A DNA stretch of 51,986 nucleotides from an uncultured Bacteroidia bacterium (GCA_902790405.1 CADARW010000020.1:1-51986); one strand, 5' to 3'. Positions 9,420 through 18,978 are shown, counted from the stretch's first letter. The notes: a model not told the origin generated them from the sequence alone. Numbers and translations: made by a program.

Positions 9420-10775
9420 TCAGTTGGTTGTCACTTCGTTCTGTTCCTCTTTTTTCTTTGTGTACAATATCTCGAGCCAGCCGAGTGCGAAGAATGGCAG
9501 AAGCGGAATCTTGAATCTTACCAATGCTCCGAAGTTGGAGGTGGAAATACCTATACCTAAAGCCAGCACTATGGAAAATATGAAGCACATGCTTACAAAC
9601 GGATTGCCAAGTATTTGCTTGAGCGAATATTTTATTCCTGCCTTGAAGAATACAAATAGCGAAAGTAGCAGAAGCACGGTGTTCTCCAGTCCCGACAAAA
9701 GCATTACCGCGCTGTCGCTTTCGAAGATGAAAGGCCGGTACAGACCTGCTATTATGGCTTGGGGTCCCATGCTGATGAGGCTGCCGATGGAACCGTCGAA
9801 GTTGCCTATGTCGAAAGCATGTCCCTCGTAGTACTCTTGCTTGAGGTCCTGCTGCGCAACACTCGCTTTTCCGAGCATTGCATCTACATCGCCGAATGAG
9901 CCGCCGACATTTTCGCCTACAAACCTAAGCGCATACATTCCGCCCAGAGCAACTACTAGCACAAGAATTGGCGCCACCACAAACTTGAAAAATGTGCTTT
10001 TCACCTTTTTTAGGTAACCGCTTCCTAGCCACACCATGCAGGCGGCAATAGAGGCGTAAAGTATGTAAACTTTCAGTTCCATCACTATGTAGGCGCTCAG
10101 AAGAAGTCCAAATATGTTCAAAATGCTGATTTTCCGCCCGAAGAAAATCTTGGCAAAGCACATTATGAAAACAAGGTTGAAAGTAAAGGTAAAACTGTCC
10201 TTCATAAGTGCCGAACTCCAGAAACCTGCCGATGGAATAAGCATTATGCAGATGAAGGCCGCCTTGGCGCTGCAGTTTATGTTGGTACGTATGTACTGGA
10301 AGAATTTCCAGTTGAGCAGGAAAAGGAAGAGCGACAGACAGATGTTTTCGGTATAGTAGTTGTTGCCTCCTATTATTGCAAACGGAGATAAAAACCTGTG
10401 TACTGCATATCGCGACGGGTCGTTGAAGAATGGAGTGTAGGCAATTCCCTCGGCAAGCGTGTTGACGTTGTTGCTGTCGATGGTGTCGAGCATAATTCTG
10501 AAATAGGAGGCGGGATCTTGGAAAAGGACCTGACCCAGCCTTTGCGATGCCCAGAAGTAATAATATGTGTCGCCGCCCCAGTTGTAGTAGAAGTCGTAGA
10601 TGACGGCAAATCCTAGACAGCATGCCATCTTGAAGCCGAAGCCGAGGAAGAAATAGCGTCTGGTTTCATCGTCGTTCTTGTACTTGAAGAGCGCGATAAA
10701 CCACACAATTAGGAATGCCAATGCCAAATACCCAATAATAAGGAGTACGCCTTCAAGTGTCAGGAACTTGTGCAT
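9420..10775 (-). CDS. Polytopic inner-membrane protein, function unknown (possibly glycosyltransferase/polymerase-like)
   Basis: 451 aa ORF with more than 10 hydrophobic segments and aromatic-rich loops (YDFYYNWGGDTYYYFW). It sits in an operon arrangement after the e(P4) gene. Confidence 0.7.
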   Translation of the reverse strand: MHKFLTLEGVLLIIGYLALAFLIVWFIALFKYKNDDETRRYFFLGFGFKMACCLGFAVIYDFYYNWGGDTYYYFWASQRLGQVLFQDPASYFRIMLDTIDSNNVNTLAEGIAYTPFFNDPSRYAVHRFLSPFAIIGGNNYYTENICLSLFLFLLNWKFFQYIRTNINCSAKAAFICIMLIPSAGFWSSALMKDSFTFTFNLVFIMCFAKIFFGRKISILNIFGLLLSAYIVMELKVYILYASIAACMVWLGSGYLKKVKSTFFKFVVAPILVLVVALGGMYALRFVGENVGGSFGDVDAMLGKASVAQQDLKQEYYEGHAFDIGNFDGSIGSLISMGPQAIIAGLYRPFIFESDSAVMLLSGLENTVLLLLSLFVFFKAGIKYSLKQILGNPFVSMCFIFSIVLALGIGISTSNFGALVRFKIPLLPFFALGWLEILYTKKKEEQNEVTTN

Positions 10776-10790
10776 CGGCCGAAATGAAGT

Positions 10791-11615
10791 TTAGAAGGTT
10801 TTGAGAGCGTTGATGCGGTTCTGGCGGGCGGTCTTTTCCTTGTCGGCAAGGATTGGTTTTTCCCAAGTGCCGTAAGTCGGGTTTGGCAGAACAATGTAGC
10901 GAGTACCAAGCAAGTCTATGATTCCGTCGGTTTCCTCGAGCATGTCGCCCTTTGTCTTGCGCTCGTCGAAGATTTCGGAGTGGTCGCCCATATTGTCACC
11001 GACAAGCATGATGATTTCATACTTCTCGGAAACCTTTTCGCGGCGTTCCTTCTTGCAACTCGAAGCATCACGTTCTTTCATCAAGAAGTTTTCGGCAGGA
11101 ACTTCGGGAAAACCGAGTTTTTTCATGTTTGCCATCGTAGGCTCAAGTTCTTCGGGGTAGCGGTTCGATATGAAGATTATTTCCACACCGAGCGACTGTG
11201 CGTATTTCAAGAAGTCAATTGCACCAGGCACTTCGGTTGCATCGGCTTTCGATGTCCATATTGCCCAGGTGGAGTCGCTGAACGAAGTCGCTTCGGCTGC
11301 CATGTATGCCTCGTAGTACGAGTTGTCGAGTACGGTCTCGTCGATGTCGAGTACGACGGCGGCAGGCTTGTCGGTTTCTTTTGCCTTCAGATTTTCGGCA
11401 AGAGCTACTTTGGCGAGCTTGTAGGTCTGCAGACAGCAGGCACGGTATTCGGCTGAATGCTGCATCCACAACGTTGCGTTTATAAGATGGTCGCTTTCGC
11501 CACATTCGGTGGTGGATGCTGGCTTGTTGTCGGCTTCGGTGTTTTCGTTTTTGCACGATGCAAAAAGTATCGTTATGCATGATAATGCGATGATGTAGAA
11601 AATTATTCTTTTCAT
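10791..11615 (-). CDS. 5'-nucleotidase lipoprotein e(P4) / class C acid phosphatase
   Basis: Lipoprotein signal (ILFASC). HAD-type DDDD motifs VVLDIDETVLDN and LVGDNMGD. The length is about 274 aa. Confidence 0.85.
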   Translation of the reverse strand: MKRIIFYIIALSCITILFASCKNENTEADNKPASTTECGESDHLINATLWMQHSAEYRACCLQTYKLAKVALAENLKAKETDKPAAVVLDIDETVLDNSYYEAYMAAEATSFSDSTWAIWTSKADATEVPGAIDFLKYAQSLGVEIIFISNRYPEELEPTMANMKKLGFPEVPAENFLMKERDASSCKKERREKVSEKYEIIMLVGDNMGDHSEIFDERKTKGDMLEETDGIIDLLGTRYIVLPNPTYGTWEKPILADKEKTARQNRINALKTF

Positions 11616-12442
11616 TATTCTATATTTTCTGATTGATTTTCTGATTGAGACGCAAAATTTTGCGTCTGTACGGCTGAATTTATTTCGGATTCTGCTTCAA
11701 AAGCTTCCACCGCAGGCGTTTCCATGTCGTCGAGGTCGTCGATTGCGATTGCTATCTTGTTGTCGCCCTGTTCGGTTACGGTCTGGTTGCCGAAGGTGTA
11801 GATTCTGCCGGCATATTTGCGGAAAAATCCGTGGTTGTGGGTTACCATCAGCACCGATTTTCCCGATTGGCTGAGTTTGTACAGCAGATCGACAATCACA
11901 TCGGCGCTTTCGGGGTCTAGGTTGCCTGTAGGCTCGTCGGCGAAGATTATCGGCGGATTGTTGAGCAGAGCGCGTGCTACGCTTACCGACTGCCGTTCGC
12001 CACCCGAAAGCTGTGCTGGCATCGACATCTTCTTGTCAAGCATTCCGACGCTCTTGAGCACCTCGTTTATGCGGGTTTCGATTTCCTGCTTGTCCTTCCA
12101 GCCTGTTGCACGAAGAACAAAACGTAGGTTTTCATACACCGAACGGTCGTTCATCAGTTCAAAATCCTGGAAAACCATACCGATTTTGCGACGAAGAAGC
12201 GGAATTTTATTGTTCTTTATCTTCTTGAGGTCGTATCCGACGACATTAACTTCGCCTTCGGCTACTGGAAGTTCGCAGTACAAGGTCTTGAGGAGGCTGC
12301 TTTTTCCGCTTCCCACCTTTCCTATGAGGTAAACGAATTCGCCGACATCGACATGCATATTCACGTTTTGCAATATAAGCTTGTCTTCCTGATAAACATT
12401 CAAGCCCTTGACATCAACGAGCAGAGTGCTATTTTCGTCCAT
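11615..12442 (-). CDS. ftsE: Cell-division ABC ATPase FtsE with an atypical ~45 aa acidic C-terminal tail
   Basis: Walker A GKVGSGKSS, signature LSGGERQ, Walker B IIFADEPTGNLD. The ATG at 12442 lies 26 nt downstream of a -7 box. The stop overlaps the e(P4) start as TAATG. Confidence 0.85.
   Translation of the reverse strand: MDENSTLLVDVKGLNVYQEDKLILQNVNMHVDVGEFVYLIGKVGSGKSSLLKTLYCELPVAEGEVNVVGYDLKKIKNNKIPLLRRKIGMVFQDFELMNDRSVYENLRFVLRATGWKDKQEIETRINEVLKSVGMLDKKMSMPAQLSGGERQSVSVARALLNNPPIIFADEPTGNLDPESADVIVDLLYKLSQSGKSVLMVTHNHGFFRKYAGRIYTFGNQTVTEQGDNKIAIAIDDLDDMETPAVEAFEAESEINSAVQTQNFASQSENQSENIE
11648..11667. repeat. Perfect 20 nt palindrome AGACGCAAAATTTTGCGTCT (copy 1)
   Basis: The sequence is self-complementary. 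The 23 nt TTGAGACGCAAAATTTTGCGTCT is identical to the copy at 35497-35519. It is preceded by the tandem TTTTCTGATTGA x2. Confidence 0.85.
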
Positions 12443-12467
12443 AATTATTTTTGTATAAGTAAGTTTA

Positions 12468-12475
12468 CAAAAGTA
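12468..12475 (-). promoter_or_regulatory. Bacteroidota -7 promoter box (TActTTTG on the minus strand)
   Basis: The plus strand reads CAAAAGTA, the reverse complement of TAnnTTTG, 26 nt upstream of the ftsE ATG. Confidence 0.5.
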
Positions 12476-12651
12476 GTATTCGCGCCACAAATATACGCAA
12501 CATTATGATTGATAGTAATAAACAATACCATGTTAATTAAAAGCAATGTGTTTTTTGTTTTGTACCTTACAAAAGGTATATTTTTGATTTTTGCTAAATT
12601 TGGACAATATTGTATTGATAGACACGTTTTTATAGAAATATTGCTGTGTAT

Positions 12652-15600
12652 ATGAGACTAAAGAATTTTGCCACATTGCTTCTTTTGCTGTCGTTAGCGT
12701 TTGCATCGGCAGGTCAGAAGACTTTGAAATACGACGGTGAAGAATTTGCTTACCGTACGGCCAAGGAGTTGTACGACAAGGAAATGTATGCATCGGCACA
12801 ACAGAAATTTTTCGGCATTATGAGCAGTGCCAACATCGAGAACTCAAAGTATCGCGACGATGCTGCTTTTTATTTTGCCATGTGTTCCATGCATCTGTTC
12901 AACCGTGATGCCGAGTATCAGCTCAATAACTTTGCCGTCAGTCATCCCGAAAGCGACAATATCAACGATGCTTCGTTTGCTATGGCGAATGTCTATTACC
13001 GCGACAAGAAGTACAAGAACGCCCTTGCATGGTACAAGCGTGTGCAATATTCCGACCTCGATGCCGAGGAGCAGACCGAATATTTCTTTAAGAAAGGACA
13101 TTGTTTGTTTGCCCGCAAGGATTTCGATGAGGCTGCAAAGGCTTTCTACGAGGTAAAGGACAAGGACGGGCTTTATGGGACAATGTCGTTGTATTTCTAT
13201 TCGCACATAAAATACATCAACGAGCAGTACCAGACGGCGCTCATCGGGTTCAAGAAGTTGCAGGACAATCCTACATTCTCGTCGATTGTGCCGTTCTACA
13301 TATTGCAGATTTACTATATGCAGCAGGATTACAATTCGGTTGTTGAATATGCCGCCGAACACGGAGAGGACTTTGTTGGCGCGGCTCCCGAAAATGCAAA
13401 GATTGTCGGTCTGTCGTATGTACGCACAAAGAAGTACGCCGAGGCAATTCCTTATCTGAAACGTTACATGGAAGCCAATTCGTCGGCTACCGATTTCGAC
13501 TACTACGAACTTGGTTATGCACAGTATTCCACAGGTCAGTACGACGAGGCTGCAAGGAATTTTGGAAAGATTACACGCACCAAGGATACAATTGGTCAGA
13601 ATGCTTCGTACCTTATGGGTGCCTGCTGCCTGAAGACCGGCAAGAAACTCGAAGCCCGCAGGGCATTCGAGACGGCATCGCTGTACAACTACAATCAGGT
13701 TATCAAGGAAGATGCTTTGTTCAACTTTGCACAACTTTGCTTCGAATTGTCGCTGTCGCCGTTCAACGAGGCGATAAGCGCGTTCACACGCTACATACAG
13801 GAATATCCGAATAGTCCGCGCACCGAAGCCGCCTACGACTATCTGCTCGATGCCTTCATGAGCGCAAAGAACTACCAGCGGGCAATCGCAACCATCGAAA
13901 GCCTCGACTACAAGAATTCGAAGGTCGATATGGCTTACCAGCGATTGACATATATACGCGGACAAGAATTGTTCATCTCGCAGAAATATGCCGATGCAAT
14001 AGACATGTTCGACAAGTCGATTGCCAACGGCAAGTACAACCGCGACCTCGAATCGCTTGCACACTACTGGAAGGCCGAAGCCAACTACAGGCTCGGCAAC
14101 GTCGATGTGGCAGTCGACCAGTTCAAGGAGTTTGTAAATTCAATAGGTTCGATAAATCTCGAAGAGTACGGACGCGCGCATTATAATCTTGGTTATGCTT
14201 ATTTCGACAAGAAGCAATACACGGTTGCTAACTCATGGTTCCGCAAGTTTGAAAAGATTTCTGAATCGACCGAAAATGTAGTAGTAAACGATACGTACAA
14301 CCGTATTGGCGACTGCTATTACATCAACCGCGATTATGCCGCAGCATCGGACTATTACAGAAAGGCTGTTAACATAGGTCTTATCGAAACCGACTACAGT
14401 CTCTACCAGTTGTCGCTCACCTACGGCGGACAGAAAATGGCTAACGAGAAGGTCGGAGCCTTGCAGCGTCTGCTTCGTGAATATCCTAATTCGGAATACG
14501 CCAGCAATGCAATGTTCGGAATTGCTCGAGCATACCAGACCGACCTTAACGTCGAGGATTCGGCAAAGTACTACTACGAGATGCTCATAGCTGAGTATCC
14601 GCATTCGGCAAACAAAAGCACCGCACTTTCGAGCCTTGGTGCAATCGAGTTCAACCGCCGTCATTTCGACAATGCGCTTAACTACTACAAGCAGGTGATT
14701 TCGGAGTTCCCTGGAACCGAGGATGCCAGCAGTGCCAACGACATGATTAAGTCGATTTACCTTGAGCTCGACAAGCCCGACGCATACATCGAATACGCAA
14801 ACAGCGAAGGCTCGGGTGTGGAAATCAGTCGCGACGAGCAGGACGAAATCATCTGGCTTGCTGCAAAGAAACTCTACATCGACAAGAAATACCGCGATGC
14901 ACTCAACTCGATTACAAAGTATCTGGGAGAGTTCCCGAAGGGCAAGTACGTGATAGAGGCCAACTACTATAAGGCAGAATTGCATTTCTACTTTGACGAG
15001 AAGGATGATGCTTTGAGAAGTTACCGCGTAGTTGCCGATGCTCCAACAAACAGCTATACCGAAGAAAGTACCTTGAAGTCGGCGTCGTTGCTTTTCGACA
15101 AGGAAAACTGGAACGACTCCTATAATTATTATAACAAGCTGTTCCCGATTGCTGAAAACAAATCGACCAAGCAGGTGGCAGCACTCGGTCGTCTGCGTTG
15201 TGCCTACAATGCCAAGAATTACGACAATGTGATTACAGCGGCACAAGACGTAATCGACAACGACAGGTCCGACGAGGAGAATGTCCGTGAGGCACAGTAC
15301 AAGATGGCAAAGGCTTTCTATGCTAAGGACAACAAGTCGCGTGCATTGTCGCTCTACGAAAAACTTTCGCAAGAAGTTGTAAGCTACGAAGGTGCCGAAT
15401 CGAAATTTATGACGGCATCAATCAACTACGAGAGCGGCAACGACAGCATAGCCGAGGAAATCATCTACGACTTTGCACAGTCGAGCACACCACACGCCTA
15501 CTGGCTGGCGAAGAGCTACATACTTCTGGCTCAGATTTATTTCGACGAGGAGGACATTTTCTCGGCAAAGCACACTTTGCAGTCGGTGCTTAGCAACTAC

Positions 15601-15855
15601 GACAACGAGACCGATGGCATAAAGGACGAGGCGCAGGAGAAATTGTCGGCAATATTCGAGGCCGAGGAAACCGCCCGTCAGGAAGAAGAAATGCTGAAAC
15701 TTAAGATAAATCTTGTGGAAGATGATTCGGAAGACGGACTGTTCCCCGACGAGGATTTTGAAATACAGATGCCCGAAGACGAATTGCCGCAGGAGGAAAA
15801 TAACGCTCCAGTAATTGAACTCAAAGAAGATTCGGAAGAGAAAACTAACGAATAA
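12652..15855 (+). CDS. Large secreted TPR-repeat protein with an acidic C-terminus
   Basis: Signal peptide MRLKNFATLLLLLSLAFASAG. TPR-like A/Y/L periodicity runs throughout. The tail is rich in E and D. Confidence 0.85.
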   Translation: MRLKNFATLLLLLSLAFASAGQKTLKYDGEEFAYRTAKELYDKEMYASAQQKFFGIMSSANIENSKYRDDAAFYFAMCSMHLFNRDAEYQLNNFAVSHPESDNINDASFAMANVYYRDKKYKNALAWYKRVQYSDLDAEEQTEYFFKKGHCLFARKDFDEAAKAFYEVKDKDGLYGTMSLYFYSHIKYINEQYQTALIGFKKLQDNPTFSSIVPFYILQIYYMQQDYNSVVEYAAEHGEDFVGAAPENAKIVGLSYVRTKKYAEAIPYLKRYMEANSSATDFDYYELGYAQYSTGQYDEAARNFGKITRTKDTIGQNASYLMGACCLKTGKKLEARRAFETASLYNYNQVIKEDALFNFAQLCFELSLSPFNEAISAFTRYIQEYPNSPRTEAAYDYLLDAFMSAKNYQRAIATIESLDYKNSKVDMAYQRLTYIRGQELFISQKYADAIDMFDKSIANGKYNRDLESLAHYWKAEANYRLGNVDVAVDQFKEFVNSIGSINLEEYGRAHYNLGYAYFDKKQYTVANSWFRKFEKISESTENVVVNDTYNRIGDCYYINRDYAAASDYYRKAVNIGLIETDYSLYQLSLTYGGQKMANEKVGALQRLLREYPNSEYASNAMFGIARAYQTDLNVEDSAKYYYEMLIAEYPHSANKSTALSSLGAIEFNRRHFDNALNYYKQVISEFPGTEDASSANDMIKSIYLELDKPDAYIEYANSEGSGVEISRDEQDEIIWLAAKKLYIDKKYRDALNSITKYLGEFPKGKYVIEANYYKAELHFYFDEKDDALRSYRVVADAPTNSYTEESTLKSASLLFDKENWNDSYNYYNKLFPIAENKSTKQVAALGRLRCAYNAKNYDNVITAAQDVIDNDRSDEENVREAQYKMAKAFYAKDNKSRALSLYEKLSQEVVSYEGAESKFMTASINYESGNDSIAEEIIYDFAQSSTPHAYWLAKSYILLAQIYFDEEDIFSAKHTLQSVLSNYDNETDGIKDEAQEKLSAIFEAEETARQEEEMLKLKINLVEDDSEDGLFPDEDFEIQMPEDELPQEENNAPVIELKEDSEEKTNE

Positions 15856-15857
15856 AC

Positions 15858-17663
15858 ATGGAAACGATGAGAAAACTTAGCTATATGAAATATTTGACCT
15901 TGCTGATTGCCTTTGCTGTCGCTGCTGGCAGCCTAATGGCACAAGAGGACAACAATACGCTCGAGGAGCAGACCGTAGTAATTTACAACGAGTATTCGCC
16001 GGTGCTGAAGGACGCAAGCCGAATACAGAGCCTCCCGGTAATTGCCGACACGATTAAGGTTGAACCGAAATTCGAGTATTCGGTAATGCCGACAATGTAC
16101 CGCACATCGTTCACGCCGAGCAAGATACCGGCAGCAACCGTCAAGGGCGAAGCACTGAAACCGCTCAGCACAGGTTTTGTAAAACTTGGCTACGGAAACT
16201 ACATTTCGCCATTTGCCGAGTTGTATATCAACTCGAAGCGCCAGAAGAACTATTCGGTAGGCATTTCTGCCCACCACCATTCGTCATTCGGCAAGATCAA
16301 GAACTACCTCAACCAGAAGATTTATTCGGGCTACGACGACAGCCACATAGAAGCGTTTGGAAAGAAAATATTTGCAAAGTCGGTGCTGTCGGGAAAGGTT
16401 TATTTCTCGTCGAACGGAATCTACTACTACGGCTACGACCCGAAGGTTTACGGCAATACCGACACTATCAACTGGGATACCTTTGATTACGTAAATACCC
16501 GCGACGAGGTCGAAAAGCAGCGTTTCAACCGTGTAGGTGCCAATATGGCAATCGAGTCGCAGCAGACAGGCCGTAAGCATTGGAACTATAAGTTTGGTGC
16601 TGGCTATCAGTACTTCTTTACCAAGACCAAGGACTGGCAGCATAAGGTTGATGTTGGAGCAAATATTGGACGTTCTGTAAAGAGCATTGACTATGGCCTT
16701 GACCTTGGATTTTTATATAATTACAATAAAGATATAATACTCTTACCATGGGATCCAAATACAAAACCCAGTTCTATTTACAATGATATAATTTTTAATG
16801 CAAAGCCATATTTTAAGTTTGAGAACGAAAAATGGAACATTAGGGCTGGAGCAAAATTGATATATTTGGAGGAGCATAGAACCGCTAGTAAAGGTCAGTA
16901 TTTTTATGTTTACCCCGATGTTTATGCGCAATTGAATATCAGTAATACTTTGATTCCATATATAAGTTATGGCGGACATCTTCAAAACAATAATTTAGAG
17001 TTAATATCGACTATAAATCCTTTTGTAAGCAATCACTATACATATTACAATACAAGCTATCAGCATGAAGCTAATTTAGGTATAAAAGCCATAATCAGCA
17101 AGAAGATTTACCTTCACTTAAATGCTAATTACTCGCATATCAACAATATGGGATTCTTTGTAAATGATACCCTTGAACCGCTTCGCAACAAGTTCTTAAT
17201 GGAATATATGGATGTTGACCGTGTTGGTGCATACGCCGAACTTTCGATGCGTGACCTTGCTCCAGGACTTGACATTATGTTGAAGGCACACTACTACTAT
17301 TATATCAAATTGGGAGATCCGAATGTGCTTAATTCTCCCAAAATTGCGGATGCACGTCCATGGCAGATGCCCGACTTGGATGTCAGCCTGAGGGCTGCAT
17401 ACCGCCTTACCAACAAGATCTCGTTCGGTGTGGAAGGCTATTTCCTGAACAGGTGCTTCGCAAAGGAATATGTCGAAGGTGTTCAGTACGCCAAGAAGAT
17501 GAAGGCAGTGGTTGATGTAAACCTCTTCGGAGAATACAAGTTCGACGACAATTTCAGCGCATTCCTTTATCTCAACAACATTGCCTGCCAGCGCTACTAC
17601 ATTTGGAACAACTATCGCGCACAGGGATTCAATGCAATGATTGGGTTGACCTATCTATTTTAG
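15858..17663 (+). CDS. Outer-membrane beta-barrel protein (putative porin family)
   Basis: Signal peptide ...AAGSLMAQ. Alternating aromatic/hydrophilic strands. The C-terminus is ...MIGLTYLF, with a terminal Phe typical of OMPs. It starts 2 nt after the TPR gene. Confidence 0.7.
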   Translation: METMRKLSYMKYLTLLIAFAVAAGSLMAQEDNNTLEEQTVVIYNEYSPVLKDASRIQSLPVIADTIKVEPKFEYSVMPTMYRTSFTPSKIPAATVKGEALKPLSTGFVKLGYGNYISPFAELYINSKRQKNYSVGISAHHHSSFGKIKNYLNQKIYSGYDDSHIEAFGKKIFAKSVLSGKVYFSSNGIYYYGYDPKVYGNTDTINWDTFDYVNTRDEVEKQRFNRVGANMAIESQQTGRKHWNYKFGAGYQYFFTKTKDWQHKVDVGANIGRSVKSIDYGLDLGFLYNYNKDIILLPWDPNTKPSSIYNDIIFNAKPYFKFENEKWNIRAGAKLIYLEEHRTASKGQYFYVYPDVYAQLNISNTLIPYISYGGHLQNNNLELISTINPFVSNHYTYYNTSYQHEANLGIKAIISKKIYLHLNANYSHINNMGFFVNDTLEPLRNKFLMEYMDVDRVGAYAELSMRDLAPGLDIMLKAHYYYYIKLGDPNVLNSPKIADARPWQMPDLDVSLRAAYRLTNKISFGVEGYFLNRCFAKEYVEGVQYAKKMKAVVDVNLFGEYKFDDNFSAFLYLNNIACQRYYIWNNYRAQGFNAMIGLTYLF

Positions 17664-17723
17664 ACTGTCATACTGCTAGATTGTATGTATCTGCTACAGA
17701 ATATGTAGTAACTATTTGTGTGC

Positions 17724-18617
17724 TTATTTGTAGACTGTCATAGTTCCTTTGTCGAAGTCGAAAATTGTAAGCGAATCGAAGAATGGGACACCAAGAAATC
17801 CCAATTGCTTTATTGTTTTCATCTTGTCGCTTACTCCTATCGAAATATTATTGTATGTATTGCTACAAATAGTTATTTCGTCGGCGTATATGCCTTGAGC
17901 GATAAGGTTGCCGTCTTTGTCGTATGCATCTTTTAGTGAAATCTTGCCCTTGTTTATGGCTTTGGCTAGTTCTTTATGTTGTTTCATAAGGAAAAGGAGT
18001 GATGGGTTGCCGAAGTCTATGATTAAATCTCCTTTTATTTGGCATGTTGACTCTGTTGTGTGCATGTTTATTGGCGTTGTCACAATTATGAATCCCATCG
18101 AAGCGTCTGTTCGTATTTTGTAGCTTTTACCGATTTTTTCCTGGGAAGTTGTAACGCCAACCCTGAATAGACTATTTTTTATATCAATGCCTATTGTTGC
18201 CCTATTGCCTTGTTTGTCGCGAAAGTTCTGGACAGGAATTCTAAAATCATCGAAGTTGTCCAATATGAAAATAGGGCCGTTGTATATGGCATTGCCAACA
18301 TTAAGATTGCCGTTGCCCTTGAATGAGATGTCGTATTTATTGTTTAGCAACACGATTTTGGCTGTAGATGGTTCAAATTGTATGTCGGATTTGCTTAATG
18401 TTTTTTCGTAAAAATCGCGGCCGATCAGGAATGCGGGAATTCCAGATTCGAGCATTATGTTTACAGGTTCGCCAGCCAGTTCTGCTTCGAAATACAGATG
18501 TCTGTTTTTTTCTGTAAGTGCGAAATCTGAGATTTGTGCAAGCAGATTGTTGCTAATAACCATAAAAAAAGCTGTTATGGTAAGAATTATGGAATTATAC
18601 TTTCTCATATTATTCAT
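17724..18617 (-). CDS. Secreted two-lobed retropepsin-like protein with degenerate active-site motifs
   Basis: Signal peptide. Two lobes resemble Asp_protease_2, with ESG (NIMLESGIPAF) and DFG (LIIDFGNPS) where DTG/DSG would sit. The C-terminus is GFLGVPFFDSLTIFDFDKGTMTVYK. The gene is AT-rich. Confidence 0.5.
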   Translation of the reverse strand: MNNMRKYNSIILTITAFFMVISNNLLAQISDFALTEKNRHLYFEAELAGEPVNIMLESGIPAFLIGRDFYEKTLSKSDIQFEPSTAKIVLLNNKYDISFKGNGNLNVGNAIYNGPIFILDNFDDFRIPVQNFRDKQGNRATIGIDIKNSLFRVGVTTSQEKIGKSYKIRTDASMGFIIVTTPINMHTTESTCQIKGDLIIDFGNPSLLFLMKQHKELAKAINKGKISLKDAYDKDGNLIAQGIYADEITICSNTYNNISIGVSDKMKTIKQLGFLGVPFFDSLTIFDFDKGTMTVYK

Positions 18618-18816
18618 TTTTAGATGTTTGTGTAAACATTATTTGATGCAAATATACATTTTTCTGAAGAAATTATGATGGCTGTGTAAAAAAGTTTAGT
18701 ATTAGAATTTGTGGTGTTTTTATTGCAAAATCTTTAATAAAGAAGTTTTTACTGGCCAAATAGGTCTGCAAAAGGTATTTTTTTGAAAAAGATTTTGCAA
18801 TTTATAAAATAAGTTG

Positions 18817-18824
18817 TACTTTTG
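18817..18824 (+). promoter_or_regulatory. -7 promoter box TACTTTTG for the tRNA gene
   Basis: It matches TAnnTTTG and ends 10 nt before tRNA position 1. Confidence 0.5.
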
Positions 18825-18833
18825 CAACGCAAT

Positions 18834-18906
<73 letters not shown>

Positions 18907-18914
18907 CTACAAAA

Positions 18915-18937
18915 GAATGCGAAAGCATTCTTTTTTT
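18915..18937 (+). terminator. Rho-independent terminator
   Basis: GAATGC-GAAA-GCATTC hairpin followed by TTTTTTT. Confidence 0.75.
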
Positions 18938-18978
18938 GCAAATATTGGTAATAAACAGCAAATTGTTATTCATTGAAT

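Noticed and set aside
9017-9560. ORFs 9017-9379 (120 aa), 9066-9560 (164 aa) and 9074-9346 (minus strand, 90 aa)
   Set aside because: Three mutually overlapping open frames in a GC-rich block. The sequences are Cys/Arg/Trp/His-rich and unlike proteins. One of them runs into the real membrane-protein gene on the opposite strand. They are treated as non-coding (see finding).
12844-15372. Long antisense ORFs (12844-14064, 406 aa, and 14233-15372, 379 aa) opposite the TPR gene
   Set aside because: Their translations are low-complexity and rich in V, L, C and R, with no motifs. They lie entirely within a well-supported sense gene that has a signal peptide and TPR periodicity. They are shadow ORFs produced by codon bias.
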